The translations under genes were made by a program, and so were the position numbers. This document shows positions 58,852-64,000 of a stretch of 64,000 bases of DNA, piece after piece. Below the pieces are notes generated by a model. It saw only the letters and a program-made list of their open reading frames with translations. It was not told the DNA's origin and ran no database searches. How positions within the stretch are numbered: the stretch's first letter is position 1; every line of letters starts with the position of its first letter. This stretch comes from Candidatus Atabeyarchaeum deiterrae (lineage in GTDB: Archaea > Asgardarchaeota > Atabeyarchaeia > Atabeyarchaeales > Atabeyarchaeaceae): the NCBI GenBank assembly GCA_037310415.1, contig CP147780.1, positions 192,001 to 256,000 of the forward strand, read 5' to 3'.

Positions 58852-59583
58852 TCAGTCTTCACTTTTAACTTTCGAGTTCTTGGTTATCCTCTTGCTTGGA
58901 AGACCGATGGCCCGCTCATATTCGTAGATAGCTCTGGCAGCAACGACCCAAGACTCAAGCATGGAGGAGTCTATCGAAACTCTCTCATCTGCTAGCTTGA
59001 AAGTGGTCTCGGACACATGCCCATGGGGAAATCCTCCGATCATTATTGCTGGCTTGCTTTGTTGGGACAAGTTTCGCATCGTTTCTTCCATGGTACCAGG
59101 TTTTCCCATTCTTGTGAAGAGGAGTACTCTAGTAGGATTTAGCCTTTTCAGCAAATCACTGATGGTTTCCTTTCTGATTCTCAGAAGAGGTCTGTCTGAT
59201 GAAGGAGGCACCTGACCAGCTTCAAACAACTGGCTCATCAGACCAGTAAAACGGTTGTAAATTCTTGGTAAACGTGTAGACGGATCAACTTCTATCACAT
59301 AGTTGTCTCTGGCATGAATGTAGACCTGTGCCAAGTTCTCTTTGCAGAGAGGAGATCCCAGGACCGAGAGCAAAGTTGTGTGAATTATGTCGGGTCGCCC
59401 GCGTCGTTTCTGGTCAAGAACAGTATGCATTATCTGGTGATGGATTGAAACATCAAGCAGCATACTGCTGGGTTTCACACCTCTCTTTCGAGCCTGCTTG
59501 ACTACGGTCGGGTCGGAAAGGAGTGTTTGAGGTATTGTCTCAAGCGCTGATTCGACTAGAATGAAAATAATCGTGTCAACCAC
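58852..59583 (-). CDS. nep1: 16S rRNA pseudouridine N1-methyltransferase Nep1/Emg1
   Basis: LLD.SIH, RGRPDIIH, RLPR.YNRF and IGGFPHG motifs. Confidence 0.93.
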   Translation of the reverse strand: MVDTIIFILVESALETIPQTLLSDPTVVKQARKRGVKPSSMLLDVSIHHQIMHTVLDQKRRGRPDIIHTTLLSVLGSPLCKENLAQVYIHARDNYVIEVDPSTRLPRIYNRFTGLMSQLFEAGQVPPSSDRPLLRIRKETISDLLKRLNPTRVLLFTRMGKPGTMEETMRNLSQQSKPAIMIGGFPHGHVSETTFKLADERVSIDSSMLESWVVAARAIYEYERAIGLPSKRITKNSKVKSED

Positions 59584-59666
59584 CTCTTGGCCAAACTTCA
59601 GGACCTCGTGTTCAAAATCATCCTTATAGGGGGAAAACAGATTAATTTAGGTTAGGGTTTAGATCG

Positions 59667-60002
59667 ATGAGAAAAGGTAGTAGATCGCATTACTTCAGAA
59701 GGGTTAACCTCCTTTTCAAGGATATTGCGAGAGAGAGAATCAGACGCCTGCTCTCGTTAGCCGAGAATTCTCTCGCCAACGATCCTGATTTGGCAAGGGA
59801 ATACGTTGACATTGCTTCTAGGATAGGAATGAGATGCAAAGTCAGACTCCCCAGAAGCTGGAAGTGGAGAATATGTAGGGGATGTAATACGTTGCTGTAC
59901 CCAGGGCTGAATTGCACGGTCAGAGTTAGATCAAGACGTGAGCGCCATCTTGTTATCCGTTGCCTTAGCTGCGGAAGAATATCACGCAGAAATGTTAATT
60001 AG
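59667..60002 (+). CDS. rnp4: RNase P protein Rpp21
   Basis: IARERI..L, CRGC..L.PG..VR, CLSCG..R. Confidence 0.93.
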   Translation: MRKGSRSHYFRRVNLLFKDIARERIRRLLSLAENSLANDPDLAREYVDIASRIGMRCKVRLPRSWKWRICRGCNTLLYPGLNCTVRVRSRRERHLVIRCLSCGRISRRNVN

Positions 60003-60157
60003 CATATCTTCCTTTTTGTGCTCATTCGGCAGATTTATAAATCTCCCTTGATACACCTTTCGTTAAACTTCAGTGTGACGAATTGTCAGTAGGCTATCCA
60101 AGCTCAAGCAATTCGATCTATGAATCTGCCTGATGGGTCGCTTAACAGAAGATAACT

Positions 60158-60634
60158 TTGGGTGATGGTCAAGTGTCAACAGTCTATCTCGTGCCAGCTG
60201 CTGATTTCATAAAGGCATTATCAGAGGAGCTAAAGAAGACTTATACAGAGGCTATTCACGCTCCTCCTTGGGGAGAGTTTGTCAAGACAGGAGCACATCG
60301 AACTAGACCTCCTACTCAGCGTGACTGGTGGTACACAAGATGCGCTTCCTTACTCAGGAAACTCTATGTGAAGAATCCAATCGGTGTCTCACGGTTGAGA
60401 TTCGAATATGGAGGACCAAGCCAGAAGGATGTCACTCCTAACCGGCATACTAAGGGAAGCGGATCGATAATCAGAAAGCTTCTCCAGCAACTTGAGGGCG
60501 CTGGTCTCGTTGAGAAAAAGGAGACAGATGGAAGGAAGCTTACCACCAAAGGAACTTCATTGCTAGACAGGGTTGCCCATAAGGTTAGGTTGTCTCTTCA
60601 AAAGGAGGCAGTCCCAGACCTGCGGAAATACTAG
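60158..60634 (+). CDS. rps19e: 30S ribosomal protein eS19
   Basis: VKTG.H..RPP..DWWY.R.ASLLRKLY; GSGSIIRK.LQQLE. Confidence 0.96.
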   Translation: MGDGQVSTVYLVPAADFIKALSEELKKTYTEAIHAPPWGEFVKTGAHRTRPPTQRDWWYTRCASLLRKLYVKNPIGVSRLRFEYGGPSQKDVTPNRHTKGSGSIIRKLLQQLEGAGLVEKKETDGRKLTTKGTSLLDRVAHKVRLSLQKEAVPDLRKY

Positions 60635-60843
60635 GATAATTGAATCATCACTCTTTGAGAACAAGCTTTCAGTGGACGGAAGACCTACATTTCAACAACC
60701 AATTGGTCTGAAACTGTACCCTGGATGTTGACTGCTTAGAGTAGATCTAACAAAAGATGCCTTTGGATTGAATAATCTAAAAGATATAGAAATTGGGAAA
60801 ACCAGACTTGTCCCTGGTATTTCGGTACGTGGAAGGTGATAGA

Positions 60844-61176
60844 TTGGCTGAAGACGAGGAGATTGAGGATCTGAAGAAAAAGAGGATGCTTCAACTTCAA
60901 CAACAAATCGCTGATGCTCAGAGGCAAGAGGAAAACCGCCGAGAATTTGAGGCTAAGAAGCAAGGTGCGCTCAGACAGATTCTCACAGACGAGGCTAGGA
61001 GCCGCCTCATGAACATCAAGATGGTCAAACCGGAATTCGCAGAGCAGCTAGAACTTCAGCTGATTCAACTGGCACAGAGCGGCAAGATAGCTATTCCTAT
61101 AACCGACGAACAGATGAAAGAGATCCTCCTGAAACTGCAAAGCAAGAAGAGAGAATCAAAGATATCATTCAAATAG
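60844..61176 (+). CDS. PDCD5-like DNA-binding protein
   Basis: LRQILTDEARSRL.NIKMVKPEFA..LE.QLIQLAQSG. Confidence 0.92.
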   Translation: MAEDEEIEDLKKKRMLQLQQQIADAQRQEENRREFEAKKQGALRQILTDEARSRLMNIKMVKPEFAEQLELQLIQLAQSGKIAIPITDEQMKEILLKLQSKKRESKISFK

Positions 61177-61352
61177 AGACTGACAAAAGAAACTAGACAA
61201 ATGAAGCGCCTGCTTTCCGTACGCATGAACTTCCGTCAAGCTGCTGAAGACGAGCGGGAGGAATTTGTGAAAAGCCAAAGGGTTAAGAAGCAGAAGAGCA
61301 TCTCTTAGCCAGAGAAGAATTGGGATCAGAAAAGCCAAGGAGATTAGCAGAT

Positions 61353-61508
61353 ATGGCGCGCAACAAACCACTTGGCAAGAAACTGAGACTTGCACATGCC
61401 TTGAAAGAAAATAGATCTACCCCTACTTGGATAGTCATGAAGACTAATAGAAAGGTCAGAACGCACCCTGGAAGGAGGAACTGGCGTTCTAGCAGCGTGA
61501 AACCATAG
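61353..61508 (+). CDS. rpl39e: 50S ribosomal protein eL39
   Basis: [26 protein letters not shown]. Confidence 0.95.
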   Translation: MARNKPLGKKLRLAHALKENRSTPTWIVMKTNRKVRTHPGRRNWRSSSVKP

Positions 61509-61529
61509 GTATAGAGGATGTGATAGAAC

Positions 61530-61925
61530 ATGGCATCAGAGCGCGTAAACCGCGGGGGAAAAGCAGAGTCATCTAAGAAAGAAACCAAGGTCAAGCCAGA
61601 GCCAGCTGAGAAGGAGATCAAAGCCAAGACAGAGCTGGCAGAGGAGGAAAGGAAAAAGCCTACTGAGGCAGCACCTCTAGAAGAGAGAGTTTACACGGTT
61701 CCATTATCAAAGACTCGCTATGTGCCATACTACAAGAGGGCATCCAAGGCAATTCTCTTGCTAAGAGGTTTCTTCACGCGACACATGAAGGCTGAGAGGG
61801 TTATATTCTCGAAGGAGTTAAACGAGGCTATTTGGGTTAACGGGATTAGAAACCCACCTAGGAAAGTTAGAGTTCGTGCCACAAAAGACGATGAAGGAAA
61901 TGTAACTCTCTATATTGCTGAGTGA
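61530..61925 (+). CDS. rpl31e: 50S ribosomal protein eL31 with charged N-terminal extension
   Basis: ERVYTVPL..KRA..RHMK..LNEAIW..G..PP.KVRV. Confidence 0.93.
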   Translation: MASERVNRGGKAESSKKETKVKPEPAEKEIKAKTELAEEERKKPTEAAPLEERVYTVPLSKTRYVPYYKRASKAILLLRGFFTRHMKAERVIFSKELNEAIWVNGIRNPPRKVRVRATKDDEGNVTLYIAE

Positions 61926-61987
61926 CTTCCTTCGCTGATTCCGATTTCTATTGGTGATCAAATTCTGATTCGTGTTGCTTTCTTATT

Positions 61988-62674
61988 TTGGCGGTGAGAC
62001 AAGGTTTGTCTGCTATCCGTGTTGCCTTCTTAGGCAACCCCTACATTGGAGTCTATGCTCTGTCGACTGACAGATATTCGTTGGTTCCGATCGGGCTTCC
62101 CGCGAAAATTAAGAGAGTTATCGAGGAGACGCTCAGAGTCAGAGCCATTGAGACGAAAATCTGTCAGACCACTATGCTTGGTATATTGATTGCCGGTAAC
62201 TCCAATGCAATGGTTGTTCCTTGGACCGCTTCAGATGAGGAGATCGAAACCATACAAAGCGCTCTTGGCGTTAAAGTGTCTAGATTAAACACAAGTCTAA
62301 CCGCACTAGGCAACATAATACTGGCAAACGATCATGGCGCCATAGTCCACCCAAATCTCAGAGAGGCTACAATAGCGTCCATCAAAGCAACTCTAGGCGT
62401 CAAGGTTGTTTCGGGCAAGGTTGCAGGATCAGGTCTCGTAGGGTCATCAGCTCTAACAACAAACAAGGGAGCTTTGGTTTCTCCACGCGCAACGGAAGAG
62501 GAACTTGACCAGTTGTCAAATACCTTGGATGTCCCCACTAGTGTGGGGTCCGTTAATCGAGGCGTGGCATACGTCAGATCTGGACTCATGGCCAACTCGA
62601 GCGGAGCGATTGCAGGAAACGACACCACTGGACCCGAGCTTAACAGAATAGAGGAAGCTTTCGATCTAGTTTGA
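61988..62674 (+). CDS. eif6: Translation initiation factor 6
   Basis: IGVY, GNSN, ALGNIILAND.GA, GSVNRG and TTGPEL motifs. Confidence 0.95.
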   Translation: MAVRQGLSAIRVAFLGNPYIGVYALSTDRYSLVPIGLPAKIKRVIEETLRVRAIETKICQTTMLGILIAGNSNAMVVPWTASDEEIETIQSALGVKVSRLNTSLTALGNIILANDHGAIVHPNLREATIASIKATLGVKVVSGKVAGSGLVGSSALTTNKGALVSPRATEEELDQLSNTLDVPTSVGSVNRGVAYVRSGLMANSSGAIAGNDTTGPELNRIEEAFDLV

Positions 62675-62788
62675 AGCGCGTTAACTTGACAAGACTTAAA
62701 AGGGATTGCACTACTCACATCTGTAACCTTCAATTGAAGTAACGCTGCGCTGTCAATGACTGTGACGGTGTGTTCAGGTGGAAGTGAC

Positions 62789-62983
62789 ATGGAAGTAAAA
62801 ACATATCTTATCTCTGGAATCTTCACAAAGGGCAAAACACACCAAAAATTCTCGACTCACGTTCGAGGTATCAAGAAGGAAGACGCGATCGAGAAAGTGG
62901 TTTCAGAGATCGGTGGAAGATTCAAGGTGCAGAGACGAATGATCAAGATCGAAAAAGCAGAAGAAACCACACCTGAAGAGTGA
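62789..62983 (+). CDS. rpl18a: 50S ribosomal protein eL20 (LX/L18a)
   Basis: K.Y.I.G...F...R...EDAIEKV.SEIG..FKV.R..I.I; conserved position between eif6 and pfdA. Confidence 0.88.
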   Translation: MEVKTYLISGIFTKGKTHQKFSTHVRGIKKEDAIEKVVSEIGGRFKVQRRMIKIEKAEETTPEE

Positions 62984-63037
62984 ACTGACATACTTGCGAC
63001 CTGCAATTCGTCTGGTAGTGTTGGAGGTTCATGACAC

Positions 63038-63469
63038 TTGTCTGAGTCTGAGTCGAAGTATAGACAGCTATTGGCTGAATTGAGGCTGAATGAAGAGCAG
63101 TTCAACGATCTGCAATCTCGCATGGAAATGATCTCAGCACAAATACAAGAGCATATAAGTGCTGGGGTGACCATGAACAACTTGAAAGGGGAGCAAGGAC
63201 GAGAGATCCTAATACCCATTGGGGCCCAGATCTATGTCCGCGGGACTCTAATCGATGCAAGCAAAGTGTTGATAGGTCTCGGAGCCGGAATATCGGCTGA
63301 GAAGACCGTTGAGCAAGCAAGCACCGATCTTGAGACAAGAGTCTCAAATCTGCAGAAGATACTCGCGAGCCTCCGCGATGAGTATGTTAAAACTGCTGAC
63401 AGAGTTAACAAACTTCGGTCTCAGCTTGGAGACACTGCCCAGCAGATACTCAGGACAAAACAGGGATAG
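63038..63469 (+). CDS. pfdA: Prefoldin alpha subunit
   Basis: Coiled coils around EILIPIGA..YV...VLIGLGAG. Confidence 0.93.
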   Translation: MSESESKYRQLLAELRLNEEQFNDLQSRMEMISAQIQEHISAGVTMNNLKGEQGREILIPIGAQIYVRGTLIDASKVLIGLGAGISAEKTVEQASTDLETRVSNLQKILASLRDEYVKTADRVNKLRSQLGDTAQQILRTKQG

Positions 63470-63653
63470 AAGCGCGGAGCACACAGGTAGAGCGAGTTGT
63501 AGTAGAAGGGTTTGCATCTCATTGGCAGATGACTGAACCAGTTACTGAAACCTATAAACCGGTTAATATGCTGTTGCTCATTCTACGGGAGATATTGTCG
63601 AATGATTCGTAACTCTGACCAGATGGTTTCAGATTTAATGGTGTGTGGAAGAC

Positions 63654-64000
63654 ATGTTCGAGAAACTGAAGGATGCCTTGGGCAAGTTTGTCTCTTCAGT
63701 AGCAAAGAAAGAACTAAGTGAGAAAAGGCTTGATGATGCATTTCAAGACTTGAAAGTTCTACTAGCTGGAAACGATGTCTCGTACAAAGTGGCGGAAGCA
63801 ATATGTGATGAAGTGAAACGGAGACTGCTTGGTATTAAGGTTGGGCTCACAAGAAACATTAAGAAACTCGTATTCGACGCTTTGAAGGAGTCAGTTTCAG
63901 CAATTCTGGAGCAAGGCGGGGAAGTCGATATCTTGAAGCTCTCAGACGAAAAGAAAAAGGCTGGTTCTCCGCTCGTTCTGATGGCTGTCGGGATCAACGG
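63654..64000 (+). CDS. ftsY: SRP receptor FtsY, N-terminal part (runs off window)
   Basis: MFEKLK..NDVSYKVAE..PLVLMAVGING (start of G1); conserved position after pfdA. Confidence 0.9.
   Translation, partial: MFEKLKDALGKFVSSVAKKELSEKRLDDAFQDLKVLLAGNDVSYKVAEAICDEVKRRLLGIKVGLTRNIKKLVFDALKESVSAILEQGGEVDILKLSDEKKKAGSPLVLMAVGIN

Noticed and set aside
61201-61308. 35-codon ORF between the PDCD5-like gene and rpl39e
   Set aside because: No clear SD or recognisable motif.
1-64000. CRISPR arrays, IS elements, rRNA, and the many antisense ORFs in the track
   Set aside because: No repeat-spacer arrays, transposases or rRNA seen; the antisense ORFs are shadows of well-supported genes.

Overview
Gene-dense chromosomal window from an archaeon, most likely an Asgard. 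It carries TFB/TBP, archaeal r-proteins and form III RuBisCO, plus eukaryote-signature genes: two longin/uDENN-type proteins, a Rab-like GTPase, an OST5/TMEM258-like protein and a site-1-protease-like subtilase. All calls come from motif recognition by eye; no searches were run. No mobile element or CRISPR was seen. Main blocks: (1) a near-complete selenocysteine machinery cluster (pstK, SepSecS, selB) with a cryptic tRNA-Sec(UCA) at 16757-16935 that I could fold only after removing three non-canonical BHB-type introns; (2) an AMP-pathway isomerase and RuBisCO next to a divergent eIF2B-like paralog; (3) histidine utilisation genes (hutU/H/I) with glnA and an Ftr paralog, but no hutG/hutF/FTCD in the window; (4) gluconeogenesis genes; (5) argS between two nearly identical intron-bearing tRNA-Arg genes; (6) a ribosome-biogenesis cluster. 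The strongest candidate for an undescribed system is a two-gene unit at 55721-58504. It pairs a soluble MtrA-MtrH corrinoid methyltransferase fusion with a single-chain, asymmetric pseudo-dimeric thymidylate-synthase homolog whose specificity residue is Asp (the dCMP-type signature). This suggests corrinoid-linked pyrimidine C5 methylation.
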